64,000 bases of DNA, taken from Geosiphon pyriformis uo1 (lineage: Eukaryota > Fungi > Glomeromycota). The position numbers were made by a program, and so were the translations under genes. The stretch spans positions 1,494,757-1,558,756 of the forward strand of contig JAAOMT010000134.1 in the NCBI GenBank assembly GCA_016748015.1, read 5' to 3'. The notes under the pieces are model-generated. The model worked only from the letters and a program-made list of their open reading frames with translations, had not been told where the DNA came from and did not search any database. Below are positions 53,301-64,000 of this stretch, piece by piece; position 1 is the stretch's first letter, and each line of letters starts with the position of its first letter.

Positions 53301-56300
53301 TTATTTTTCTACTTGTTTTGGTCTTTCAAAGCATTCAATAAGACATGTGCAACAATAGAACTTGGTTGCTGTCTGATATTCTTCATTATTGCCACAGCAT
53401 GCGCCCATTGATGACAATTTCTTGCCACAATTAATGCATACTAGTTTGGGTTGGCAATAGGTGAATTGTTGTGGTGTTGTGTGTTAATAGGAGATATATG
53501 GGTTTGTTGGCAGTGGCTTTTCTTTTTTCGCTTTTTCTTTCCCTTTGTTGCTTTCTTCTCATTCCCAGCTTGGTGTCAGTTTTCTTTCATTGTTGTCAGT
53601 TCAGGTCAGGTCATCCATTTCCCAGATAAGTTCCTCTCTTTGTTTTTTCTTTGGGTTGTCATCCCACAATAGTATTGGTGATAGCTCGTGGTGGTCTTTG
53701 TTGTCAGTCTAAGCATCGATAGTGGTTCTACAGATAGATTCTTTTCCTTGTTCCTCCTTTCCATTGTTATCATCATCCTAAACGAATATTGGTGACAGTT
53801 TATTGTGGTCGACATTGGCCCACGATGCTTGGTATGCCTCCCAAGTAGGCTTTAATTTTTCCTCTTCGAGGTCGATAAGCGGCACTGATGTTGTGACATA
53901 GTTAGGTTTGAAATGGCCACACATTGCTGGTACTTGCGTGTGTTGGCCATTTTGGCTGAGCTAGAGCTCTTGTGTGGTCCAGTCAAGGATGGCATTGTTT
54001 TTAGACAATTAATCATTGCTCACTAGTGCTTGGTATTGGGTTGCTTCCATCACCAAAACTTTGATGAAAGTAATGATGCCATTAACTTCAATTGGGAAGT
54101 TGTCAATTTCACCAATAGGCATTTTCGTGGCACCATCAACAGTAATAATTCTAGCACTGACAGCTTGATCAACTCAGTGACCTAATTGATCCATGAGTTG
54201 TTGTGTAATAATGCTGCCTGCTAAACCACTGTCAAGGATTAACTTGATGGAATGGCCATCAACTTTTGCATCAGTATACATGACAGTAATGGGTTTTTTT
54301 TTCAGAGCTGCTCTACTGAATAAGGGAACTGATGTAACTTCCTTGAGTTTAAATGGAAAGATGGCTGCTAAAGACTCGTCATTGGTGACAATTGCTGGTA
54401 GGATGTTGTTGGTAAGTATTGTTGGTTGTTGATTGAGTTCTGGGTTGTTGGAAGTAATGTCTTCTGAAATAACCAGGAGACTTAAATAGTTCTGGGAATT
54501 CAGGTTTTGGATGGAACCGATACCTGAATCCTGCTGACGAGATCCTGATCACTGGCCTGATGAACTGGGAATCAGTTGATGAACAACCATCACTGATCTC
54601 CAGTTTTGGGTGATTTTGGATCTTGGGTTTCCTGACGTCATTGTAGCTGAGTTTTGGTGTGGCATTTGAACTTGTTGGGGTTAATAGATTACTGGAGACT
54701 GCGGCTAATAAATGACTTATAGCTATGGTTGATAAATTGTTGGTGGCTGTAACTGATAAATTGGCAGTTGATATATTGTTGGCTGATAAATTAGTTGCTG
54801 CGTCATAGGCAGGTAAGCATTTTGATATTGCTCTTGATTGGATTGGTGATTCGGAGTCTGAAACTGGTGATCGGGGTTTCGATAATGATTTTCTGATCAT
54901 GAGTTGCTATAAATATGGCAGTTTGTCTTAATATGCCCTTGTTTACCACAGTTGTAGCAGACACATGTTTCTGGCTGTTGTGACTGATTAATGGATGATC
55001 CTGAACATGATTGATTCTGGAAATGATTCGCGTTTCCTAAATCATTATGTCATTGGAGTGGCTGATAAATTACACAATTGTCAGCTAAATAGCCCTCTAA
55101 TTTCTGATTGATGTTGTTACTGAATTGTTTTAGCTTGAAATCTAAGTCAGATGATCCATTTATTACTAAATTCACAGCTTGGGCATGGTTAGCTTCTAAC
55201 TCAGCAGCTTCAAAATCTCTGGCATGAGTCATGGCAGTTGGGAGATCAACTAGATGCATTGGACATATTTGCTGGAGGATGCTACTGCACAATCTTTGAA
55301 TAAATTGGTTCAAGATCTGTGGCGCTGTAAAGTAGTTAGCTTGAATTGCCTGAATTTGGTGCAGATTTCTATGAAAGCATCTCAAGTAAGTGGTAACTGC
55401 TTCTGTGTCTTCTTGTTTAATGGTAGTGAAAATACTTGCCAAGCAGTTGATGCTATTGTTATTACTAAAATACCTCAAAAATTCTAATTTGAAAGCATTA
55501 AAGTTTTGAGGTTTCTGGACTAAATTGTGATACCAAGAGTTTGCCGTGTCTTTGAGAAAATAGGAGATGACTTGCATGGTTCTGGCATCATCTCAGTTAT
55601 TGGCGGTGATTGGCAGTGATTGCTTTGGCGACGTTATTGATCCAGGCTTGAGCATTATTCTCTTCACCAGTGAATTTCTCAAGTTTGACTATTGGTGCAT
55701 ATGCCATTGGATCTAAGTTGGGTTGTGGTGGTTGTTGAAGTGGTACTAGTGGTTGTTGAATCTGCTGGTGTGGTTGTTGTGATGGCTGACCAATCAGTTC
55801 AACTAGTGGTGGGTTAATGACAATAATAGGAGGTAAGTTCAATTAATTAATTAGATTGGGTTTCTGATTGTTCTGATTTGGCAGTGGTTAAATATTTGGA
55901 GTTTTGATTTCTGGGTTTTCTAAATTTAAATTTTGCTGGGTTTGAAGATTTGGTGTTTCCACTTTTGGGCTTTCCATGATCGGGTTCTGGTAAGTAAATT
56001 CTTGATCTTCCGATTTTTTTTCCTCTTCTTCTTTAGATAGTTCCTATGGAATAGCAGTTCCGAAGTCCAGTTGAAGTGGCAGTGATCGAATTTCCAATGG
56101 TGTTGGTGATTACAATTTAAATCCTTTGAAGTATTTGCCATATGGTCCTAATAATTCTGTTTTTTTTTGTTTACTTTGGAATAGAAATCATCCAAATGTT
56201 AATGTCACATTTGATGTGGACGTCCCTGTTAATAAAATGTTGATGGCACTTCCAGGTGTATAGTGATAAGATGGATTGATTGGGGATTCAACTCTTGTTT

Positions 56301-57600
56301 TCTTTCAAGTGGGTGGTTGTATCCTTTTAGGTGTTACTGCTGGGGTTTGTAGTTTTCCTTTGTCTTTACTAGCATATGTAATTGGATATCTTTGTTGGGT
56401 GTGATGTTCAATTTCTTTGTTGATTTCAGTGATAATGGATGTAAAGTTATGATTTGTTGGTAGGTTGGTGTTTTGAATTAATTCTTTATAGAAAGTTTCC
56501 CTTGCTGATTTAGTATTCACTGGTGTTCTTAACAAAGAAAAAATCTTTTTGTTAACATAGAAATTAAAGGCTGATTCAGCAAATATATGATTAGGGTTTA
56601 ATCCCAAATGTTGACAATAGTGTTGAAATAAGAATTTTGTGAATCCTAAATGGTTTGCTCTTATATTTTCTGATTCTACTACTTTTAGATAGTGTTTGTT
56701 GGTGCTGGTTCTCTGTAGAATTATACCTCACAGAGAGCACTAAATGTTATAGGTGATTATTTGAAGTCTCAGATCAAATATCAAACCCATAACTTGGTGT
56801 TCAAAACTACTTGTGTTGTTGATAATATCTTTAAGTGGTTGGTATCTGAAGGTTTTCCAAATAAGTCCTTTGTATAATGGACAGAAATTCAATAGTTGTT
56901 TTATCTGTAGCTTCCCAGACTCACAAGTCTGTCAATTTTTTTCTTGGCTTGGTGGCCGGCAATCCTCTAGTAAGTAATCCATATTTTCTGTACATGTTCT
57001 ACCCACTCGCAGGGGTTTTTTACCAGACAATCTTTGATGTCAGTAATCAGTGCTTTTAATCAATTGGTTAGTGCACAATAACAAAATCACAGAAAATAAA
57101 GAAGTAAAAAAATATAAAGAAAGATAAAAGAGAAAATAAGAAATAAGCCAAGGCAATTTGCAAGTTAGTATCCCGTCAATAGCTGTAATCAAGAGCTATT
57201 GTTCCAGTGTGGTTAAGTATCAATTACTATCAACATGAAGTGTTGATAGTAAAGAGTGAATTTGATATGGTAAGTAATTATTTATTTGAGAATTGTGGTA
57301 ACTAAGTTAAGAATTCTTGGTGTTAATTTTGTCTTTTCTGCTTTTAATACTATTGCTATATATACATATTTGAAATTCCTTAATTCCTTAATTCCTTGCA
57401 ACAAGAATCCTAAAATTCCTGATAAAAGGAATCCTGGAATTCTGGAATCCTGTAATTCCTTGTCGGAGAATTCTGAAATTCCTGAAATCCTGCAATTCCT
57501 CTGAGAGAAATCTTGGAATTCTATATTTACTACATCTACATCTGATTGGCTAATATCTACTGACTAATAATACTATATTTCTTATATTCTATGAGTAACA
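47316..57600 (-). mobile_element. Full-length family-A Gypsy element A5 (3' LTR 47316-48188, 5' LTR 56745-57600; perfect TSD GTGG) inserted in LINE ORF2
   Basis: Two LTRs with U3 type beta; PBS relic TTTAGTGCTCTCTGTGAGG. Gag ~54920-56682, PR ILDSGLAG ~54230, Cys-rich ~52800-53450, dUTPase ~52160-52550, RT-RH 50322-51600, INT ~48878-50259. Confidence 0.97.
48202..48823 (-). pseudogene. A5 ORF3 variant
   Basis: MKIMDNIYSLAQQIFQ...YFYLGQYMNIQNLY...AFQD.PEILL...TSNQLGKITNAQFEEL...DFNGAQY*; a diverged homologue of the A1/A3 ORF3. Confidence 0.8.
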
Positions 57601-57604
57601 GTGG

Positions 57605-59762
57605 GTTGGTCAAAACTTCTGTTTCTTCTAGATTTCACAAGTTAGAATTTTTAGTGGCAAAAATTTTGAATGCATACAAATCAGGTAATTTAGAAAGACT
57701 TCAGGCTTTAGTTGATAAATGAGTCGACTTGGACTTTGATCAAGCCGTAGAGTTCAAGAGTTTCTTGGACAATGGTTATAACAGAGTATTGGTTGAACAA
57801 TTACTGGTGTATTTTAGGAAATTATATAGGTCTTGCAAGTTTTTGGAATCTAAGGCTACTGAGGACTCATGGATCCGGGCAGCTATTGATAAGCACATGG
57901 AAGTTTTTGCAAACAATAAAAGTCAAATGATCAGAAGTGTGTTGGAAAAGCCTTTCAGAAAAGTCATGCTGGATTATCTGGTTGATAATAGAGATTTGGT
58001 TTTGGAACCAGATTTGGTCAAGGGAAGAGTGAATTCAATTATAGAAAATTGAACCAGGAAATACACAGTCAAACCTTTAATGCCTTTTTGTTGGCAAGTA
58101 CAATTTTCTTCTCTCTATCATGTCAGTAATAGTGCATTTTCTGGTATGATGAAGCAAATTGATTTTGATGAGTTTTCATTGGTGGTCAAGGATCTTCCTA
58201 ATGACAAAGCTGCTGGTTTGTCTGGTATCTCTAATGAGATGTGGAAGCACTGTGATGAATCTGTTTTGGTCTTTCTTTTGCATTTGCTCAACTTGTGCTT
58301 AGTATATGAATCTGTTCTGGATGTCTGAAGAGAAGCCTGGGTATCCATGATTCCAAAACTTTATGAGTGGGAAGGAGTCCTAATGAACACCAGATCTATT
58401 GCTTTTATTGAGACCTCTAGGAAAATTCTTTCAAAGATTCTATCTGATTGCATTTCAAAAGCCTGCAGCACACACAACATTCTGCGTGGGGACAATTTTT
58501 TAGTGTTGAAAAACACTTCTACTTAGTCCCTTATCTTTGTTGTAGGATCTGTTATGAAAGATGCTTTGGAGAAGGGCAGAGAACTCTGGTTGATGCTTCA
58601 GAACATGTGCAAAGCTTACAATTCAGTAGGCTGGTTGTATCTGAAAGATAGTTTGAAGAGAATCAAAATATATAAGAGGTTTGTCAGGTTTTTTGGTAGT
58701 ATCTACAATAGCCACAAGAATAGAGTTATGACAGATTTTGGTTTGTCTAAGAATTACAAGATACATGATGGTCTGGACCAGGGAGAAGTTTTTTCTCCTC
58801 TTTTGTGGAGAATTTTTTATGATCTTCTGTTGTGTGAAGTGAAAAACATAAGTCATTTTTTAGGTATTGGGTCAATTCCAAATTTGTGACCAGAACAGGT
58901 AGAATTAAGTCAAATGCTAGTTTAACTTCTTATTTGGCTGCTGGTACTTTTGTGGATAACACCATTTGGGTTGGCAATTGTCGTACAGCAACAGAATATT
59001 TTGAACATTGCTAGTGAGTTTTTTGAATTAATGGATATATCAATTAACACGGAAAAGACAGTTGCCATTCCTATTAACTCAAGAACCAGCAACACCTCCT
59101 TGGAAGTGAACAAGTCTCCTATTTCAATCACGAAATCTGGTGAGGCTTATTAGTATCTAGGTATTTTTCTGTCAACTAAAGATCTTTCTGGTCCAAGTTT
59201 AAAAAAGGCAAATTCAGATGTCAAGTTTTTCTCATTCATGGTTTTACACAAAGCTATTATTGACAAGCAGTTCTCTTATTTAGTATTAACTATTTTACAG
59301 CCCATAATGGAATATAAAACTTAATTTAGCTTTGTCAATAGAGGCATATGTGAAAAATAGAACCATATGATTAGAAAAGGGTTGAAGACTAAGGCCAATC
59401 TGCTTAAAGACTTTCCTAATGAGGCAGTACACCATCCTTCTTTTTACAATTTGAAGCCCTTTGAACAAGTTCAGGCAGAAGCAAAAGTCTCATCAGTGTT
59501 ACAGTTTGCTAATAATAGTGGGTTAATGAGTTGACTATTTGGCCACAGATCAATAGACTTACAGGTTTTGGGTTGGGTTCCTCAGAATCCTTTTCAATTT
59601 CCTGTTAAGTTGATGGTTAATTCGATGAACAATTTTCTGGCTGGTATTGCTAAAATTTTTTTACATAATGGCATCTCCTTAGCTAATAGCTTGCCCAATG
59701 CTTTTCATCTTAAGTGAGGTTTTTCTGTTCTGGATGTTTTGGGCCAAACTATGTATCTCCAG
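57605..59762 (+). pseudogene. LINE part 3: ORF2 reverse transcriptase
   Basis: KAAGLSGISNE, MIPK, RSIAFIETSRK, LQNMCKAYNSV, GLDQGEVFSPLLW, FVDNT (from FVDDT), YLGIFL. Confidence 0.9.
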
Positions 59763-62700
59763 TATTACTCATAGAATATAGAAAATATATTAACATATGA
59801 AATAGCCAATCAGAGGTAGCCGTAGTGAATGTGAAATTCTAGGATTCCTTTCAAGAGAAATTGCAGGATTCCAAGAATTTCAGGATTTTCTATGCAAGGA
59901 ATTACAGGATTCCAGAATTCCAGAATTTTTCTCAAAAAGAATTGCAAGATTCCAGGAATCCCAGAATTTCTGAAGTAAAGAATCGAGGAATTAAGAAATC
60001 TCAATTATGTATATATAACAGTAGTGTTAGAAATAAAAAAAACAGAATCCTTAGTTAGAAGACCTCTCTGTTTAGATTTTATCTAAGCAACTTTCCAAAT
60101 CACAAATATCAATAAATAATTATTTACTATCTTAATCTACTCTCTACTATCAACACTTCATGTTAATAGTAATTAATACTTAACTACACTGAAACAATAG
60201 CTCTTAATCATGGCTATTGATGAGATACTAACTTGTAATTGCTTTTTGTTAATTTCTTTATCTTCTTTTATTTTCTTTTATTTCTTTTGTTATTTTTTTG
60301 GTTTTACTAAAATTGATTAAGGATTAAGTACTAAGATACAGATGTCATAGAGACTGATAAAAAACCTGTGAAACAAGAGTAAAACACTCATAGATTTGAA
60401 AATAGCTTATCAAGAGGATTACCGGCCACCATGCTGAGAAAAAAATTTGACGAAACTGCAGTTTTGGGAAGCTATGAATAAAATCATCAATTAAATCTCT
60501 GTCTATTATACAAAGAACTCAACTCTAAAACCTTCAGATACAATCAATGTACCAGTATCACCAGTCTTATCAAGATATTGAGCACCAAGTTACGGATTTG
60601 TTATTTGATTTGAGACCCCAAATAATCATCTGTAACATTTGGTGCTTCCTGTGAGGTATAATCCTATAGAGAACCAGCACCAACAACTAATTAACAGTGG
60701 CAGAATCAAAAAGTATAGGAGCAAATCATTTAAGATTCGCGAAATCCTTATTTCAACACTATTGTTAACACTTGAGATTAAATCACAATCATATATCAGT
60801 GGAATCAGCCTTTAATTTCTACGTCAATAAGAGAATTGCCTATTTGTTAGAGACACCAGTAAACACTGAATCAATGAGAGAAACTTTCTACCACAAATTA
60901 ATACAAAAAACCAGCTTACCAACAAATCATAATTTTGCATCTATCATCACTGAAATTAACAAAGAAATTGAACATCACACACAACAAAGATACCCAATCA
61001 CCTACTCAAGTAAAGGCAAAGAAAAACTACAAACACCAGCAGTAACATCTTAATGGATTTAACTATCCACTTGGAAGAAACACAGAGTTGAATCACCCAC
61101 AAATCCATCATATTATTATACTCCTGGAAGCACCATCCATATCACATCACCAAACATGTCCACATTAAACATGACATCAACATTTGAATGATTTCCATTC
61201 CAAAATAAACAAAGGAAAACAGAATTACTAGGCCCATATGGCAAATATTTTGAAGGATTTCAATCACGAACACTAATGTCATCAGAAATTCAATCACCAC
61301 CACCTCTACCAGATTTCAGAATAGCCAATTTGTGGAAAGCATCAGAATCAGAAGAAGAAAGAGAATCTGAGGATCAAGAATTTACTTACCAGAACCCGAT
61401 TCCAGAAAACCCAGAAGTTGAAACCCCGAACATTCAAACTTCAAAAATTACAAATCAAGAAAATCCAGAAAGCAAGACTCTAAATATTCAAACACCATGG
61501 AATCAGAATATTCTAAACCCCGATTTAATCAATCAACTGAACTTATTTCCAAATATTATTATAAATCAACCACTAATTGAACCGATTATTGAACCAATTC
61601 AACTGCAGCCACTTCAACTGCTTCAACAACCACAACAGCTGCTTTCACCATCACAACAACAACTTCAACTTCAACAACTACCACAACAACACATTGTAGC
61701 ACCAATAACATATGCTCCTATTACCAAAATCAAAAAATTCATCAGTGAAGAGAATGATGTCCAAGTATGACTAAATGATATGGAAAAAGCCATCACAGCC
61801 AATGGATGAAATAACGCCAGAGCCATGCAGGCCATTCCCTATTTTTTTCAGAATACCACTGACTTATAGTATCAAAGCTTAGCTAACAAACTCCAGGATT
61901 TTAATGCATTCAAGCTTGCATTTCCACAATACTTCAGTAATAATAATAGTATTAATTGACTAGCAAACACTTTCACCACTATCAAACAAAGAGAAAATGA
62001 AGCAGTCACTACTTACCTAGGATGCTTCCACAGAAACCTGCGCCAAATTCAAGCAATTCAGGCTGACTATTTCATAGTGCCACAAATCCTAAACCAATTT
62101 ATTAGAGATCTGTACAGTAGCATCCTCCAATACATATGTCCAATGCATCCAGCAAACTTTCAAGCTACAGTTACCAATGCCAAAGATTTTGAAACAGCTA
62201 AACTCAAAGCTAACTACACCCAAGCCATCAATTTAGTAATGAATAAATCATCTGAATTGGATTCTAAGTTGAAACAATTCAGTAAGTTCATTAACCAAAA
62301 ATTAGAGAAATACTTAGCTAACAATCAGGCAATCTATCAACCTCCACAATAATGCAATAATCAAGGAAATATGAATTGTTTCTAGAATCAGTTGCACCTA
62401 TTATCCTCGACCAATTAGCAATGGCAGTAGAAGACACATGTTTGTCACTACTGTGGTAAACAAGAGCATTTAAGAGTTGACTGTAAGTTAAGAATAGATA
62501 ACCAATGATCAGAAAATCAATATCAAAATCTCGATTGCTGGTTTCTAACTCCGAATTACCAATCCAACTTAGCACCATATCAACCAACTTACCTGCTGAT
62601 AACACAACAGCCAATATATCAACCACTCGTATATCAACTTCCAATCTATCAACCACAGCCACCAGTAATGTATCAACCATTACAGTCACAAATAATTTAT

Positions 62701-63899
62701 CAAACACTCACAGTTCAAACACTGCCATCCAACCCAGCTCAAATGACATTAGGAAACCCCAGATCCAGAGTAATTCAAAACTGGAGATTGGCAATAGTGG
62801 TTCACTAACTAATTCCCAGTTCATTAAATCAACCATCAGGATCATGCCAGCAGAGTTCAGGAAACAGATATAACCAAAACCTGAGTTCTTAGAACTACTT
62901 AAGTCTTCTGGTCAGCCCAGAAGATGCTGTACCCAACATACAAAAACCAACTAAAGGACACTTACCAACAACATTCTATCTGCAACTATCTCCCACAACA
63001 AATCATTAGCCACAATCTTCCTATTTAAACTTGAAGAATCATCAGTAACCCTTCTATTTAGTGAAGCTGCCCTCAAAAAAATCCATTACTACCATGTACA
63101 TGGATGCCAAAGTTGATGGTCAGTCTATCAAACTGATATTAAATAGTGGATCAGCTGGCAGTATTATCACAAAACAACTCATGAACCAATTAGGTTGCTG
63201 GGTTGATTGAGCTGCCAGCGCATGCATCATCATAGCTGATAAAACAACCAAAACTCCAATCAGCAAAATTGACAATTTACTGATTGAAATCAACAGCATT
63301 ATTATGCCCATCAAAGTTCTTGTGATAGAAGCAACACAATATTAAGCATTCATTGGCAATGACTGGTTGTCTAAAACCAATGCTGTATTTGACTGGACAA
63401 CTCAAGAACTGGTCCTCAGTCAGAATGGTTGACACACATGGGTACCAGCCACGTGTGACCACTTTAAGATGACCAACTCAATAACACCCCTAATTGAGTT
63501 CAAAGAGGAGAAAAAAAAACCTACCTGGGAAGCCTATCAAGTCTTGTGGGCCAACAAAAACCACAATAAACTACTGCCAATACTATCGTGAGATAACCAA
63601 GGAAAAGGAAAACAAAAGGAAACCAAACTTACCTAGGACATTAACAACAACTGGAAAACCAACAAAAACCAAAAGAAAGTGATAAATTGGGAGTGGGAAG
63701 AGAATAAAAATAAGAAAGGAAAGAAAAAGAATTAACATCCACAGACACTTACACTATTTATACTCACCTACCACCACAACCAACTAATTATCATTAACCA
63801 AAGCTTATATGCATTGATTGCAGCAAGAAACTGTCATCAATAGACGCATACTGTGGTAATAATGAAAAATACCCAACTGTGACTAAATTCTATTGTCAC
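59763..63899 (+). mobile_element. Family-A Gypsy element A6, 5' part (5' LTR 59763-60637, PBS, gag from GTG 60697, protease, start of the Cys-rich domain), inserted in the LINE
   Basis: TATTACTCATAG...TCTGTAACA|TTTGGTGCTTCCTGTGAGG; CHYCGKQEHLRVDC at ~62443; ILNSGSAG; closely similar to A1 over gag-PR. Confidence 0.93.
60638..60657 (+). promoter_or_regulatory. Primer-binding site TGGTGCTTCCTGTGAGG (tRNA 3'-end complement; elongator Met- or Ile(UAU)-like, not initiator Met)
   Basis: Directly after the LTR CA plus TT; reverse complement CCTCACAGGAAGCACCA ends in CCA. tRNA identity is an inference. Confidence 0.8.
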
Positions 63900-64000
63900 T
63901 GTTATCAGAGGTTTTTGGTCTTTTTTCTTGAATGTTGTTGATGTTGATTCGCTGTGAATTCACGTTTCCAGGAAGTAGTTAAACCTCCAGTAACTGAATT
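63900..64000 (-). repeat. 3' terminus of a family-B LTR inserted in the A6 Cys-rich domain
   Basis: Reverse complement matches AATTCAGTTA.TGGAGGTT.AACTACTTC...AGACCAAAAACCTC.G.TAACA at 13411-13511. Confidence 0.88.

Noticed and set aside
60638-60657. tRNA gene
   Set aside because: Only the ~17-nt complement of a tRNA 3' end (the PBS); no cloverleaf.
62505-62873. Ser/Thr-rich ORF overlapping the gag linker (also 1046-1255, 15069-15272, 54379-54900) as a hidden mucin-like gene
   Set aside because: It is the -1 frame of Q/P/Y codons, which rarely generates stops, and its ATG arises from CGA>TGA decay in the main frame.

Overview
AT-rich eukaryotic DNA made almost entirely of nested, decayed retrotransposons. 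No host gene, rRNA, tRNA or CRISPR array was seen. The element style resembles Glomeromycotina/Mucoromycota fungi, but this is an unverified inference. At least 13 Ty3/Gypsy LTR-element pieces from about five families (my labels A-E) are stacked into each other and into two non-LTR (APE/LINE-type) elements. Three Gypsy copies are full length with both LTRs and 4-bp TSDs: B at 12640-22447 (+), A3 at 35958-45903 (-) and A5 at 47316-57600 (-). One LINE (from ~34400 to 59762, +) can be rebuilt by removing A3 and A5; a third insertion (A6) cuts it at 59763. All ORFs are broken, mostly by C>T/G>A transitions. Comparing copies reveals an unusual shared architecture. (1) Gag appears to start at GTG, and one frame runs Gag-PR-[Cys-rich domain]-dUTPase-RT-RNaseH and then stops. 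(2) Integrase is a separate ORF with its own ATG and ends in an (D/N)LEPIIII tail. (3) A conserved ~210-235 aa soluble ORF3 sits in the env position, next to family-specific palindromic arrays in U3. (4) In family A, a U5 hairpin carries a tRNA-3'-end-like anti-PBS. The best candidate for an undescribed system is ORF3 plus its U3 array acting as a self-recognising transactivator or anti-silencing cassette. Internal domain coordinates are approximate, read by eye.
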